64,000 bases of DNA from Sulfolobales archaeon (GTDB lineage Archaea > Thermoproteota > Thermoprotei_A > Sulfolobales > NBVN01), in assembly GCA_038841535.1 (NCBI GenBank), contig JAWBTQ010000005.1:1-64000 (forward strand). The letters are read 5' to 3'. This document shows, in pieces, positions 1 through 11,445 of the stretch (positions are counted from its first letter, which is position 1; each line of letters opens with the position of its first letter). The notes beneath the pieces were generated by a model, which saw only the letters and a program-made list of their open reading frames with translations, had not been told where the DNA came from and did not search any database. The translations under genes and the position numbers were made by a program.

Positions 1-2
1 AC

Positions 3-614
3 CTGCACTCCTTCTTCTGGTGTTTTGTAGTAGTGTAGTTCCGGTATCTCGTACCCTGTAGCTTTATGTAGAGCTATCGCGGCTATCTCCATAGTCGATG
101 CCCTACTACTTAAGACTTTCCCACCTAGGTGTCTGTATATGAGTGAAGCACCTCCTAAAGCCCCACCGTGAAAGGCCTTTATCGGCGCACCTAGGGCTCT
201 GTAAACAGCCTGCGTGTATATTGGGGATATTGAGAGGTGTACTTCTGCTCTAGCTAGAGCTGCTGTAGCCTCTGAGACGTTTCCGTAGAGAACGAGCTCG
301 ACTTCGTAGCCGAAGGACCTTAAGTGTGAGAATAAGTTGGGTAGGTATAAGTACTCAGATGCTCTAACTAGACCTATTCTAATGGTTTTACCTACTGAAG
401 GGTCGAGGTACTTGGATAGCACAACTCTCTTGGTCTTACCTGGCCCAGGAACTCTAGCAACAAGACCCCTGCTCTCGAGCTCCTTTAGGACTTCCGATAC
501 CCAGCTCTTGGAGTAGCCGGATTCCTCAACTAGCTCTCCCTGACTAACGCCGTCCCTCCCGTAATTCTCTAGTATCTTCAGTAATCTATCTCGAATCTCT
601 AACTTCACACTCAT
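3..614 (-). CDS. Winged-HTH (MarR-like) regulator fused to a periplasmic-binding-protein-like domain; 3' end runs off the window
   Basis: Manual translation from ATG at 614: MSVKLEIRDRLLKILENYGRDGVSQGELVEESGYSKSWVSEVLKELESRGLV (HTH), then TIRIGLVRASEYLYL...ARAEVHLSISP (PBP2-like). Open to the window edge. Confidence 0.7.
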   Translation of the reverse strand, partial: MSVKLEIRDRLLKILENYGRDGVSQGELVEESGYSKSWVSEVLKELESRGLVARVPGPGKTKRVVLSKYLDPSVGKTIRIGLVRASEYLYLPNLFSHLRSFGYEVELVLYGNVSEATAALARAEVHLSISPIYTQAVYRALGAPIKAFHGGALGGASLIYRHLGGKVLSSRASTMEIAAIALHKATGYEIPELHYYKTPEEGVQ

Positions 615-651
615 CCACTAATTCGAGGCATTAAAGCTTATATAGTAAAAC

Positions 652-663
652 GAACACGTGTTC
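652..663. promoter_or_regulatory. Perfect 12-bp palindrome GAACACGTGTTC, candidate operator
   Basis: Lies just downstream of TTATATA (638-644), between the divergent HTH gene and the symporter operon. Confidence 0.45.
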
Positions 664-677
664 TTTGGTGAACCATC

Positions 678-848
678 GTGGAGGTATTGGACACGCTACT
701 CTTAACATACGTTGCGCTATCTCTAGCTCTACCCTACCTACTACCGGGAGATAGGAGCTTGACTACGTTCTCTATTTACGTAGTTCTCACTGCTCTAGCC
801 ATAGTGACTGCTTACACTCGCTTAAAGAGGTGGGCTAAAGTTGAGTGA
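678..848 (+). CDS. Small 2-TM membrane protein (56 aa), likely accessory subunit of the SSS symporter
   Basis: GGTGA RBS then GTG; MEVLDTLLLTYVALSLALPYLLPGDRSLTTFSIYVVLTALAIVTAYTRLKRWAKVE*; overlaps the symporter start. Confidence 0.75.
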   Translation: MEVLDTLLLTYVALSLALPYLLPGDRSLTTFSIYVVLTALAIVTAYTRLKRWAKVE

Positions 849-2253
849 GCTACTAGCTGTTCTAGTAGGATACCTCCTAGTAATAGTACTCGTAACTCTA
901 TGGAGTAGAATGCGCACAAAAACAGGAGACCCAGTAGACTACTTCATAGCAAGTAGAGGACTCACCGGATTTATTTCAGCAATGACGTACGCAGCAACTA
1001 CGTACAGCGCCTTCATGATGGTTGGACTAGTAGGACTCTCCTACGCTACCGGTGTAGGAGCATTGGTGTTCGAGCTAGCCTACCTAATCTCTACTGTAGC
1101 CATACTTAGCACTGCGGGCATAAGAGTTTGGGAGATGTCGAAAAAGCAAGGTTACGTAACTCCAACGCAGATGCTGAGGGAGAAGTACGGATCTTACTGG
1201 ACGACCGTACTCGTAGTCTTCATGACGGCTATTGCTTTAATACCCTACTCAGCCGTTCAAGTAGTGGGTCCAGCAACCATACTATCAGTCATTAGTCGAG
1301 GCACTATCGATTACCGAACAGCTGTAACTATATCGGCAGCCATAGTACTCCTAACTACTCTCACAGCCGGTCTTAGGTCTGTCGCTTGGACTGATGCTGT
1401 TCAGGGAACCATAATGCTGTCTTCAGCAATAGCGTTCGCAACTTGGTTACTCAGTAGAGTACCGCTAGAATCTACCGCATCTCTCGGCAACCTGGGGCTG
1501 CTTAGCCCTCTGAACAGCTTTTGGACGCCGCACGTCTTAGTAGCATATACTACGCCCTGGATTTTCTTTGCGATAACTAACCCACAAGTCTTCCAGAGGC
1601 TATACCTACCTAAAGATAGGAGAGCGTACACTAAGATGGTTCTATATTTCTCTATCTTCGGGTTGCTATATACGGTGATCACCGTCTCAGTGGGTCTAGC
1701 AGCTAGGGCGCTCAGTGAAGCAGGTATACTGACTCTACAGATAGACGTAGGGAGTAGAGCAGACTGGAATAGAGTGACACCACTACTCCTAACATACGCA
1801 CACCCAGTTCTCTCAGCTATTACAGCTATATCGATAATTTCGGCAGCAACATCAACAGTAAACTCAATTGCTTTAACGATATCGTCGATGATATCCTACG
1901 ATACCCTAGTCCCAGATAAACTAAAGCTAGTAGTCGGAAAAATCGTGGTCGCAGTCTTCACGGTCGTGATATACGTATTTGCTCTCACTACACCAGCATT
2001 TGTTGTAGACTTAGCAGTAGCTTCATCGTCAATACTTTTGCCACTACTACCTATCTACTTATTCCCCATCTTCGGGTATACTAGTAAGTTGCCGTACGTT
2101 GCGACCACAGTTATCTGCTTCCCCATCTCTCTATACTTCACACTAGCAAGGGGAACAGCAACCCAAATTCCGAAGGAGGTTCTCGTAGTTCTACTATCAT
2201 TCATTACTTACTTAGCGGCACTAATAGCTAGCAGGCTTGCTAGGAAGGTGTAG
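841..2253 (+). CDS. Sodium:solute symporter (SSS, PanF/PutP-like)
   Basis: DYFIASR, ATTYSAFMMVG, GLRSVAWTDAVQG, SAATSTVNS motifs; about 13 hydrophobic segments. Confidence 0.9.
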   Translation: MSELLAVLVGYLLVIVLVTLWSRMRTKTGDPVDYFIASRGLTGFISAMTYAATTYSAFMMVGLVGLSYATGVGALVFELAYLISTVAILSTAGIRVWEMSKKQGYVTPTQMLREKYGSYWTTVLVVFMTAIALIPYSAVQVVGPATILSVISRGTIDYRTAVTISAAIVLLTTLTAGLRSVAWTDAVQGTIMLSSAIAFATWLLSRVPLESTASLGNLGLLSPLNSFWTPHVLVAYTTPWIFFAITNPQVFQRLYLPKDRRAYTKMVLYFSIFGLLYTVITVSVGLAARALSEAGILTLQIDVGSRADWNRVTPLLLTYAHPVLSAITAISIISAATSTVNSIALTISSMISYDTLVPDKLKLVVGKIVVAVFTVVIYVFALTTPAFVVDLAVASSSILLPLLPIYLFPIFGYTSKLPYVATTVICFPISLYFTLARGTATQIPKEVLVVLLSFITYLAALIASRLARKV

Positions 2254-2436
2254 TGGCTCCCTAAGTATTAGTGCCTTTAACGTCCTCCTCTTCTAGAGAA
2301 TAGTTAAGACTGAGATAATAGCTTGCGGCATTCACTCTCTTCTCGTTAAAGAGAGCGGGCTAGGTATAATTCGCTAGGTATTGCTTAAACTAAGGTATTT
2401 AAAGACGTAACAGACTCTATATCCCGGGGTTTTTAA

Positions 2437-3687
2437 GTGAGGGCTGTGCTGACTTGCCTAGTTGCCGCAGTCTTTGCTTCTTTAGTTACTGCTTACTTTA
2501 GTGAACCTATAGTATCGTGTACGGCTATCTACTTTCTTAACTCTATCGTTGTTGAACCTAGCAGTAGCTACAGTGGAGTTATGTACTTGGAGTCCCCGAT
2601 CAACATCAGCATGCCGGGATTAAATCAAACTACTAGAGTTACCGCATCGAGGGGGGTAAAACAAGAAAGTGGAGATTGGTACTCAATCAACGTAGTCCCC
2701 GGGAGTCCCCTATATGCGTTCGTAGTCTTCGAAGTACTTACTTGCTCACCAGAGTTTAGCTTGAGCCTCGTCTTAGTGAGAGAAGTTCTGGCTAATCCTG
2801 AGAACTTTATCAAGGAGGAGTGGGAAGCTACGTACTCATCTACCAACATACCAATGGAGCACGTTGGGATTCCTCCCGAAGTTGTCAGAACTAGGGTGAA
2901 GGCAGATTTCGAAGACTGGTTGAAGAGCTTTAGCTGGTACTACAGGCTAGAGAACGTCTCGAGGTATCCTCTACTGGTCTCAGTATATGCTGCTAAGTTT
3001 ATCTACTTATCTGGCTACATACAGTACGAAGCAAGCTTGCTCCCCAAGACCATAGAGGAAGTAATCGAGAATAAGAGGGGGGATTGCGATGACATGAGTA
3101 GGGTCTTAGTCTCTCTACTATGGTCTTACGGGATTCCAGCCGTGATAGCACACGGATTCACTGCTATCGAGGACTTCTCTATGAGGTCTACACTCGGGTC
3201 TCTCGAGTACATCTTCGAGAGAGGAGGGCCTCACGCATTCGTTCTAGCATATATTCCAAGCTACGGGTGGTTATCCCTAGACTTCCTAGCTGGGTCCCTA
3301 CTAACGAATCAGTTCGTTATATGGGGTATAACCAAGACTATCACTTTGAGTCGAGAAGACATAGAGGAAGTAGAAAGACTCCACAGTACAGTCGTCGGCA
3401 AGCAGTTGATGACCGTAATGTCTACACATGACTCCCGTATTAACGACACAACCTCCCTAGAGCTTTTCATAAACTCCACACTCGGCCTCACTAAACCAGT
3501 GAGTCAAACACCTCCCCCAAGCGTAAGTGAGACTGAGACCCGCGTAGCCACGGAAACCGTTACACGAGACCAGGACTACACAGCTATATCTGTACTCACA
3601 CTAGTCACAATATTCGCTATATCTATACTCGCAGTGCTCGCTTGGAGAACTACCACTACCTCCAGTACTCGAGCTCAAAAGCTTTAA
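2437..3687 (+). CDS. Secreted/membrane-anchored transglutaminase-like domain protein
   Basis: Signal peptide, RGDCDD...GIPA...HAF...GWLSLD catalytic pattern, S/T/P linker and C-terminal TM helix. Confidence 0.8.
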   Translation: MRAVLTCLVAAVFASLVTAYFSEPIVSCTAIYFLNSIVVEPSSSYSGVMYLESPINISMPGLNQTTRVTASRGVKQESGDWYSINVVPGSPLYAFVVFEVLTCSPEFSLSLVLVREVLANPENFIKEEWEATYSSTNIPMEHVGIPPEVVRTRVKADFEDWLKSFSWYYRLENVSRYPLLVSVYAAKFIYLSGYIQYEASLLPKTIEEVIENKRGDCDDMSRVLVSLLWSYGIPAVIAHGFTAIEDFSMRSTLGSLEYIFERGGPHAFVLAYIPSYGWLSLDFLAGSLLTNQFVIWGITKTITLSREDIEEVERLHSTVVGKQLMTVMSTHDSRINDTTSLELFINSTLGLTKPVSQTPPPSVSETETRVATETVTRDQDYTAISVLTLVTIFAISILAVLAWRTTTTSSTRAQKL

Positions 3688-3859
3688 GACAGTAAGTGGG
3701 CTCTTTCTGCGCTCGCAGAACACTCTACATCAACCTTAGAGTAGCCACTAATACCGAACTACTCGCTTAGGTTAGAAGGCCTTAGCGAGGTTTATAGCTA
3801 CTCACTAAAGGTGCACTACGATCTAACCGCAGACTTCAAGCCCTCTCTACTCGCTCGGG

Positions 3860-4267
3860 CTACTTAGACATAAGCGCAAATCTAACTACCTTAACTCCCT
3901 CAACTCCCTCTATCTCGTCTACGAGCGCCTTAACGGCTTTGGAGGGACCTCTAACGACAACTACTAGTAGGCAGTTTCTCTGGTCTAAGTGCACGTGTAG
4001 AGAAGACACAACGATGTCTAAGTACTTATGCTGTATGTCCGTCAGTTTTTCATCTACGTTTCTAGCTTCGTGATCGTATACTACACCCAGTGCCCCGACA
4101 ACACCACCCCCCATTCTCCAGCTGTGCTCCACTAGATAGAGCCTAAGGCCCTCCTGCACTACCCTAGAGATAGAGCCTATTCCAGCATCCCTCATGATCT
4201 TAGACAGCTCATCGGCTAAGTCTCCAGGGATGTAGACACCTATCTTAAGAGGTCTAGAACCCCCTAT
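3860..4267 (-). CDS. NikR-like ribbon-helix-helix regulator with ACT-like C-terminal domain
   Basis: YDHE...IQH...SSLHVHLD..NCL NikR C-terminal motif. The RHH strand-helix (LKIGVYIPGDLADELSKIM) is in frame upstream of ATG 4195, so the start is placed at ATA 4267. Confidence 0.8.
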   Translation of the reverse strand: MGGSRPLKIGVYIPGDLADELSKIMRDAGIGSISRVVQEGLRLYLVEHSWRMGGGVVGALGVVYDHEARNVDEKLTDIQHKYLDIVVSSLHVHLDQRNCLLVVVVRGPSKAVKALVDEIEGVEGVKVVRFALMSK

Positions 4268-4807
4268 ACCACCACCAAGCAGTATCTACATGCAGACAGC
4301 GGTAAATATATGTGTTTTTACTTTTTTAGGGCACCTTAGATATTAGCAACGTGATGATGTTAGTAAACTCCTACTAGAGAACAGCATCAGTAACGTCGTC
4401 GTTCTAGGGTAATTAGATAGGTAGTTGAGTCCACGTATAAGGAGATGCTGATATCTCTTTAAGCCAGCTGGAGAAAAGATCGGCTAGACCACTACACAAA
4501 TTGTAAAATCTTAGAAGCATCGTTCTCGACCAAGAACGTTTATGCTTACTCTTGCTATAAGGAGTAATGGATTAAGGCTTGCTTAATGAAGTTAAGACGG
4601 TTATAAGTGTTACGAAATTTGTGTACGTTCGCGTTGTTTCGCCGGCTCACTTGAGTGTGTTAAGCTTGTTTTACTATAGAGTGAAGAAGGAGAGGTACAA
4701 GGAACTGTGTACCCCTATCTGTAAAAGAAGTGGTATGCTCCAGAAACAAATATAAGACGCTCTAAGCTAGTCAGTAGGCGCGACTTCTTAAAGTTTCAGC
4801 AGAGAGG

Positions 4808-4892
4808 TGCGGGGGGTGGGATTTGAACCCACGCAGGCCTACGCCATCGGGGCCTCAGCCCGACCCCTTCGACCTGGCTCGGGCACCCCCGC
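4808..4892 (-). tRNA. tRNA-Leu(GAG)
   Basis: GCGGGGG acceptor stem, CT-GAG-GC anticodon loop, long variable arm, GGTTCAAATCC T loop. Confidence 0.95.
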
Positions 4893-4939
4893 CCACAGAA
4901 ACCTACAATAAAAGCGTAATAAGCTTGATGTTGAGTTGC

Positions 4940-6304
<1,365 letters not shown>

Positions 6305-6356
6305 CTAGAGCACTTGAATAAAAATACGTGCTCTCTTGAAAATTTTTTGTTTTAAC

Positions 6357-6896
6357 TCAACCAGTTTTCGAGAGCCTCCTCTCTGCTTTATCTAGGTACT
6401 CGCAGAGGTTTCTTGCTAAGGTATCAGGACCTGAGTAGACCCTGATCTCAGACGTCTTCCTATCGTCTAAGTAGGGAGCTAAACCAGCAACTCTATCTGA
6501 GGGCAACCCACTCAAGAGCATGAAAACGGGCTTCCCCTCAGTATAGGCTGTGACAACCTCCTGTATAGTTCCAGAGGCTCCACCAAGCACTACTACAGCG
6601 TCCGAGCTGCGGACCATAGCAACACTCCTCAACCTAAGACTGAGACCCGTCTTAAGCACTATGGCGTCCTCAGGGAACTCAACGCTCTCCCGCTCGACTG
6701 GTGGGAACACCACTACTCTATGACCAGCGGCGAGAGCTTCATCGACGAGAGCCTTCATGAACCCCCAGTACCCTCCGACAAGTAGGACTACGGAGTTACC
6801 GCAGTAAGCCGTTAAAGACCTCACAAACTCAGTGATCTTCTCCCTATGTTCCGGATTAGGTGCCTCACTGTGAGCAGCTACAGCTACGAGCTTCAC
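6357..6896 (-). CDS. LOG/SLOG-family protein (TIGR00725-like)
   Basis: GGYWGFM, R..MVRSSDAVVVLGGASGTIQE; probable start GTG 6896. Confidence 0.8.
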   Translation of the reverse strand: MKLVAVAAHSEAPNPEHREKITEFVRSLTAYCGNSVVLLVGGYWGFMKALVDEALAAGHRVVVFPPVERESVEFPEDAIVLKTGLSLRLRSVAMVRSSDAVVVLGGASGTIQEVVTAYTEGKPVFMLLSGLPSDRVAGLAPYLDDRKTSEIRVYSGPDTLARNLCEYLDKAERRLSKTG

Positions 6897-7102
6897 GAAA
6901 GACCCTAATAGTATAGCGATCTTCGCATTAAGTGCTTTAAAGATTTCGCTAAAACAAGCAAGCCCCGGACCTACCAACTCATCTGCGAGCAGCCGAATTC
7001 AAGAACTAGTTATGGAAAGCTCTTGGAGCAGTAGGTAAGGACGAGGAGTTTAATGCTCAATAGAGAGCTGCGGAGTGAGTACCTCCTCATTTAAGCGAAG
7101 GC

Positions 7103-7771
7103 CTAGCCGGTCTTAATATAGAGAACTTTAGCACAGTGTTCAGACACGGGGCACCTCACGCAGTCTGGTTTCCTAGCTCTACACATAGTTCTACCATGCT
7201 TTATCAAGCTGAGGTGGGCTTTCAATAAGTACTCCGGGTCTCTGGGCATGCTTGCTTCAGCTAGTGACCGCATGGACTCGTAGCTATCTCTAGGGTTGGC
7301 GGCTCCGTACCTAATCAGCACTCTCCTTATGTGCGTGTCTATTGGGAAAACCGGAAACTTTCTGTACATCAGTAGAAACACGTCTGCGGTCTTATAGCCT
7401 ATCCCCTCCACACTCAATAGCTTTACCCGCAGTTCTTTAGGGTCTAGCTTTTCGAGCTCGTCCACACTTACGGAGTTGACTAAGTTGACTATAGTCTTAG
7501 CCTTAATGTACTGCATACCAGACACTCTTATTGCGTCTGCTATCCCGTTGACGCCGAGCTCCAGTAGTGCCGTGGGCTTGATGGGGTATCCCGCCCTCCT
7601 CACGAGAGACTCGTACGCCCGCGTAGAGTTAGTGTCGCTAGTGTTTTGAGACAGGATCACTGCTATCAAGACTGAGAGGGGGTCTCCGCGTGTATTGAAG
7701 ACAGTAAACTCCCCTAGGTCTATGCTAGACCAGTAGTACTCGACAACTTTATCAAAGAGGTAGCGGAGCAA
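7103..7771 (-). CDS. nth: Endonuclease III (HhH-GPD glycosylase with 4Fe-4S cluster)
   Basis: ILSQNTSD, GIGYKTAD, FPIDTHI, C-X6-C-X2-C-X5-C. Confidence 0.9.
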   Translation of the reverse strand: MLRYLFDKVVEYYWSSIDLGEFTVFNTRGDPLSVLIAVILSQNTSDTNSTRAYESLVRRAGYPIKPTALLELGVNGIADAIRVSGMQYIKAKTIVNLVNSVSVDELEKLDPKELRVKLLSVEGIGYKTADVFLLMYRKFPVFPIDTHIRRVLIRYGAANPRDSYESMRSLAEASMPRDPEYLLKAHLSLIKHGRTMCRARKPDCVRCPVSEHCAKVLYIKTG

Positions 7772-7817
7772 TCTTCAGCACCCAAGAGCAGAAATATCTG
7801 GACTAAGTAAAATACTA

Positions 7818-8495
7818 TTGCGGGGCAACGTGCTTACGGCACTACTGCTGTCGGATATCCACGGGAGGGTGTCCGTGCTAAAGAACATAGTGAGGAAAGC
7901 TGAGTGCGATATGGCCTTCGTAGCCGGCGACGTCTCTAACTACTCGGGTGGAGCATATAGAGAAGTCCTAGAAGCTCTCGCAGAAGTAGTCCCCTTCACT
8001 GTCGCCGTCCCGGGCAACGTAGACCCCCCGGAGGTAGCCGAACTAGGCATAAACAACGTACTAGTAATCCACAAGCAGGTAGTAGAGGTGGAGAAGCTCT
8101 ACATAGCTGGAATCGGAGGTGGGATCGGCTTTCCTTTCTGGGGCATTCCCTATCTAGCAGAACCCCACATAGCGTCCTTCATGCGGGACCTCGAGAAAGC
8201 CGTAGAGCAGGGTCCTCGAGCCCTCCATGTACTGGTAACCCACACACCACCCAGCATGACGAGTTTAGATAGAGTATATAGTGGAGAACACGTAGGATCC
8301 AAGAAGATCAGGAACTTTATAGAAACCCGTAAACCCCTACTACACGTTTGCGGCCACATACACGAGAGTAGGGGAGTAGAGAGAATCGGGGAAACAGTAG
8401 CAGTAAATCCGGGACCAGCTATGACCGGGTACTACGGGATCGCTAAATTCGGAGAGAATGTGCGGGAGGTGTCAGTAGAGCTACTAAGGGTATAG
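7818..8495 (+). CDS. Calcineurin-like metallophosphoesterase
   Basis: SDIHG, GD, PGNVD, THTPP, CGHIHE. Confidence 0.9.
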   Translation: MRGNVLTALLLSDIHGRVSVLKNIVRKAECDMAFVAGDVSNYSGGAYREVLEALAEVVPFTVAVPGNVDPPEVAELGINNVLVIHKQVVEVEKLYIAGIGGGIGFPFWGIPYLAEPHIASFMRDLEKAVEQGPRALHVLVTHTPPSMTSLDRVYSGEHVGSKKIRNFIETRKPLLHVCGHIHESRGVERIGETVAVNPGPAMTGYYGIAKFGENVREVSVELLRV

Positions 8496-8810
8496 GAGTC
8501 TCCGGCTCTCTAACGCTTTCTCACAATATCTCTATTTCACGATCCTATCCACGTTCTCTTCATTTGACGGCTCTATTTAATCCATAAGCAATCTTAGTAA
8601 AGACACTACGTAATAAGAGGTCTACTCTCACCTGTCTACGAAATCCTACATCACAAAAGTGCTTTAACGTACTCTCCTCGCTGTTGCGAGGAGCTGTGGT
8701 GGCATTCCAAAGTATCTGTGGTAAGACGTGCTATCATGCCATATGGATATCTCTCTAATAGTTCTCGCGGTACGCTTCCACAGTGCCTTTAGCTGAAGTA
8801 ACCGAGAGGC

Positions 8811-9116
8811 CTAACCGTGTTCATCGGATATATCGAAGCTCAAGCTCTCGGCAACTTTCTCGTCCAACTGCTTGCTTGATATGATCTTGCCGAACTCTAG
8901 GTACTTAACTATAACAAGGTATGACCTAACTACTCTCTCGTATGGAGAGCACTCGGTTTCTAAGAGCCTGCCATCGAAGAGCTTCACTTTGAGTCTCGAC
9001 TTCCTCGATGCCCCGAGCTCACAGTCTACTAGTTCGACTTCCTTCACGAACCCGTTTAGTGCCAGCCCCTCCACGTCCAGTAGAGTAGGATAGGACATAT
9101 CCACCCAAGATCTCAT
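8811..9116 (-). CDS. Hypothetical protein
   Basis: 101-aa ORF with protein-like composition; no motif recognised. Confidence 0.6.
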   Translation of the reverse strand: MRSWVDMSYPTLLDVEGLALNGFVKEVELVDCELGASRKSRLKVKLFDGRLLETECSPYERVVRSYLVIVKYLEFGKIISSKQLDEKVAESLSFDISDEHG

Positions 9117-9230
9117 TGACTAGAGCTTAAAACTGCGGGATAGAGTACCTCGATCCCTCTCTACCCGTTAGAATAGCACGAGACTATGCCTCCAAACCCT
9201 AGCTCGGACTCTACTCCCTCAGTCGCAGAC

Positions 9231-11135
9231 TCACTTCCTATAAACTATCCTGACCTTACCCGGGAGTAGCTTGGCTATGTCGCGAACTGTGAGACCCCTA
9301 ACGTCAGGGCACTTCTGCACGAAGTACTCCCTAATCTCCTTGGCTGCCTCATCGATTCCCGTTTCCCCGGGGACGACAGTAATGCTTGCCGCAGATCTCG
9401 CTTCAACTAACTCTGGGGAACCAATTATTAGGTCGTAGGAGTCGTCTAAGTATACCACTCCTATACTCAGCACTAGCTCTACACTCCTTATGTAGTTCTT
9501 CTGCCCATACACCATAAACGACCCTTTAGGGAGATACTCACCCGGGGGAGCCGACAGCCCCACCTGCTCACCCCATACCCAGAAGACGTCTGCAGAACTT
9601 AAACCGGCCTTCCAAGCCTTGCTATAGGAGGCCGCTAGTGAGGCCACCTCCCTAAGGTCCTTCTCAGGTACCTCCCTACCTTTAGCGAGTATGACGAAGA
9701 CTGAAGCCCCGTGGATATCTGCGTGCACGAACACGTCCTTAGGGCCAAGGTACTTCCTAACTAGTAGCTCGTTCTGGGAGGCGTCTCTACCCCCGACAGC
9801 CAGGAAGCCCCCGGACGTCTCGACCCACAAGAACCTGCTGAACCAGGCTGTCCTTCTCGGTTTAACCCTCAGCAACTCCAGTCTTCGCCTACGTTCAACA
9901 ACTTCTTCTAGTTTTCTCTTGAGCTCTCCGATAGTCTCCCTAGCTTTCACTACCTTCTCCTCCAAGTGTTCGTACTTCCTCTTGAGCTCTGCGTACTGCT
10001 GGCTCAGGTCTCTGTAGAGCAGAACCTCCAGAACTCCACCCGAGAGCTGAAGCCGCACAACCCCCCTCTCAGGGTCCCCAGACACCGGCCCGCACTCACC
10101 GACAAACGTCCAACCCCTCTCCTTTATTACTCTCTTACAGCAGGACCATAGGGTCTCGACTTCGTAGTAGTTCCTCTCCAAGAGCTCCAGCTCCTTTTCT
10201 ACCCTGCTCAGCTCCTCCATCATCCTAGCGAGGTTTTCCTCGGCTTCCTTCAAAGTCTTGTCTACTGTTACCTCAAGACCCTTCACACGCGAGAGCTCGG
10301 CTTCCCTCAGAGCTACCTCATCGAGCCTCTTAAAGTACTCCTCGAGAAGCTCATTCATAGAGCCGTACTCAACTACTCTGGCGTTCTCGGGAGGCTTCGA
10401 GGGTACGAAGGGATAGAACCCGACTGGAGTATCCGATACTAATAAAGTACAAGGTCTCGGCTTCTGCACGACTTCCTCTACAAATCTGCGCACTCTATCT
10501 ACTGCGAAAGCCAGCCTATCGGTCTCGATCTGGTGGAGCACGAGAGATCTCTCTTCCTCACTCAAGACTTCGTTGATTATCTCTGGTGGTAGGCCGAGGG
10601 CTCTCACTAGAAGCTGCGCCAGTGTTCCACTAAATCCCTCAGCCAGCCTAGGTAGCTTCCGGGGATCGAGCCCCTCGATACCGGGGAAGCGAGGGGGTAG
10701 GGAGTACTCTCGACCCACAGATATCGCTCTATCCTTAGTCGAGAGCTTTCTATTTACAGCAACTATCTTTCTGTCTTCGTCAACTAATGCTATGACGCCC
10801 CTGGGAAGTAGCTCGACGTACATACCGTAGAGCCTCTGCCCTCTCTTAAACCTTATGAGGACTACTCTCTCAAAGTCTATCTGAGTGATTTCAGTCACTT
10901 TAGAGCCTTCGAGGAACTTCCTAAATGGCTTAGCCGTTCTAACGGACTCAGAGGTAAATATGCTCTTAATCAAGTGCAGCCTCCTACCACCCTCCGCAAC
11001 TAAGTGCTTAACGTCATTACCGCACCCTAGCTCTAGAACTACCAAGTCTCGTGTGGGCATGAGTATAGACCTAACTACACAGCCCTCCAAGCTCTTCAGC
11101 TCTCTAACGACTATAGCTATATCGACGGAAGTCAT
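9231..11135 (-). CDS. rqcH: NFACT/Rqc2 (RqcH/NEMF-like) ribosome quality control protein
   Basis: MTSVDI N-terminus, FERVV, YVEL, coiled coil, GGRDASQNE, VHADIHGA, GEYLPKGSFMVYG. Confidence 0.9.
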   Translation of the reverse strand: MTSVDIAIVVRELKSLEGCVVRSILMPTRDLVVLELGCGNDVKHLVAEGGRRLHLIKSIFTSESVRTAKPFRKFLEGSKVTEITQIDFERVVLIRFKRGQRLYGMYVELLPRGVIALVDEDRKIVAVNRKLSTKDRAISVGREYSLPPRFPGIEGLDPRKLPRLAEGFSGTLAQLLVRALGLPPEIINEVLSEEERSLVLHQIETDRLAFAVDRVRRFVEEVVQKPRPCTLLVSDTPVGFYPFVPSKPPENARVVEYGSMNELLEEYFKRLDEVALREAELSRVKGLEVTVDKTLKEAEENLARMMEELSRVEKELELLERNYYEVETLWSCCKRVIKERGWTFVGECGPVSGDPERGVVRLQLSGGVLEVLLYRDLSQQYAELKRKYEHLEEKVVKARETIGELKRKLEEVVERRRRLELLRVKPRRTAWFSRFLWVETSGGFLAVGGRDASQNELLVRKYLGPKDVFVHADIHGASVFVILAKGREVPEKDLREVASLAASYSKAWKAGLSSADVFWVWGEQVGLSAPPGEYLPKGSFMVYGQKNYIRSVELVLSIGVVYLDDSYDLIIGSPELVEARSAASITVVPGETGIDEAAKEIREYFVQKCPDVRGLTVRDIAKLLPGKVRIVYRK

Positions 11136-11222
11136 AGCCTGCTTGGGCTTAAGCTGTGCTGTGTTCAGCTCAGACCATCCGAGAGATAACTCGAGGTAGC
11201 CTTATAGGTTTACATGCTCTTA

Positions 11223-11445
11223 GGGGTTCAGCTCTTATACAGGTTTATATCGGTTGACTTCATTGCCTCACCCTCCTTCCCCCGCATTCCGCTCGGGTTC
11301 TCATCGGGCTCGGGGGCGTTCGGGGTGACCCCTAGCACCCCACATCTTGAGTATCTCGGGGAGAGCCATCATCTAGATCATCGAGTGGCTCTCGACCCCT
11401 CATCTATGTACATCCACGCATATCACCATAAGGTGCTTATAAACG
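11223..11445 (-). mobile_element. Non-autonomous, internally deleted IS200/IS605-family (tnpB) remnant with omegaRNA/HgcC-like 3' scaffold
   Basis: Minus strand: TATA (TTTATAAG), ATG-RGREPLDD, then an out-of-frame tail RYSRCGVLGVTPNAPEPDENPSGMRGKEGEAMKSTDINLYKS*. From recall this resembles the termini of crenarchaeal TnpB. GC-rich hairpins with GATGA motifs. Confidence 0.6.

Noticed and set aside
4350-4410. GTGATGA C-box-like motif (similar ones near 29810, 41515 and 43160)
   Set aside because: No correctly spaced D'/C'/D boxes with plausible guides.
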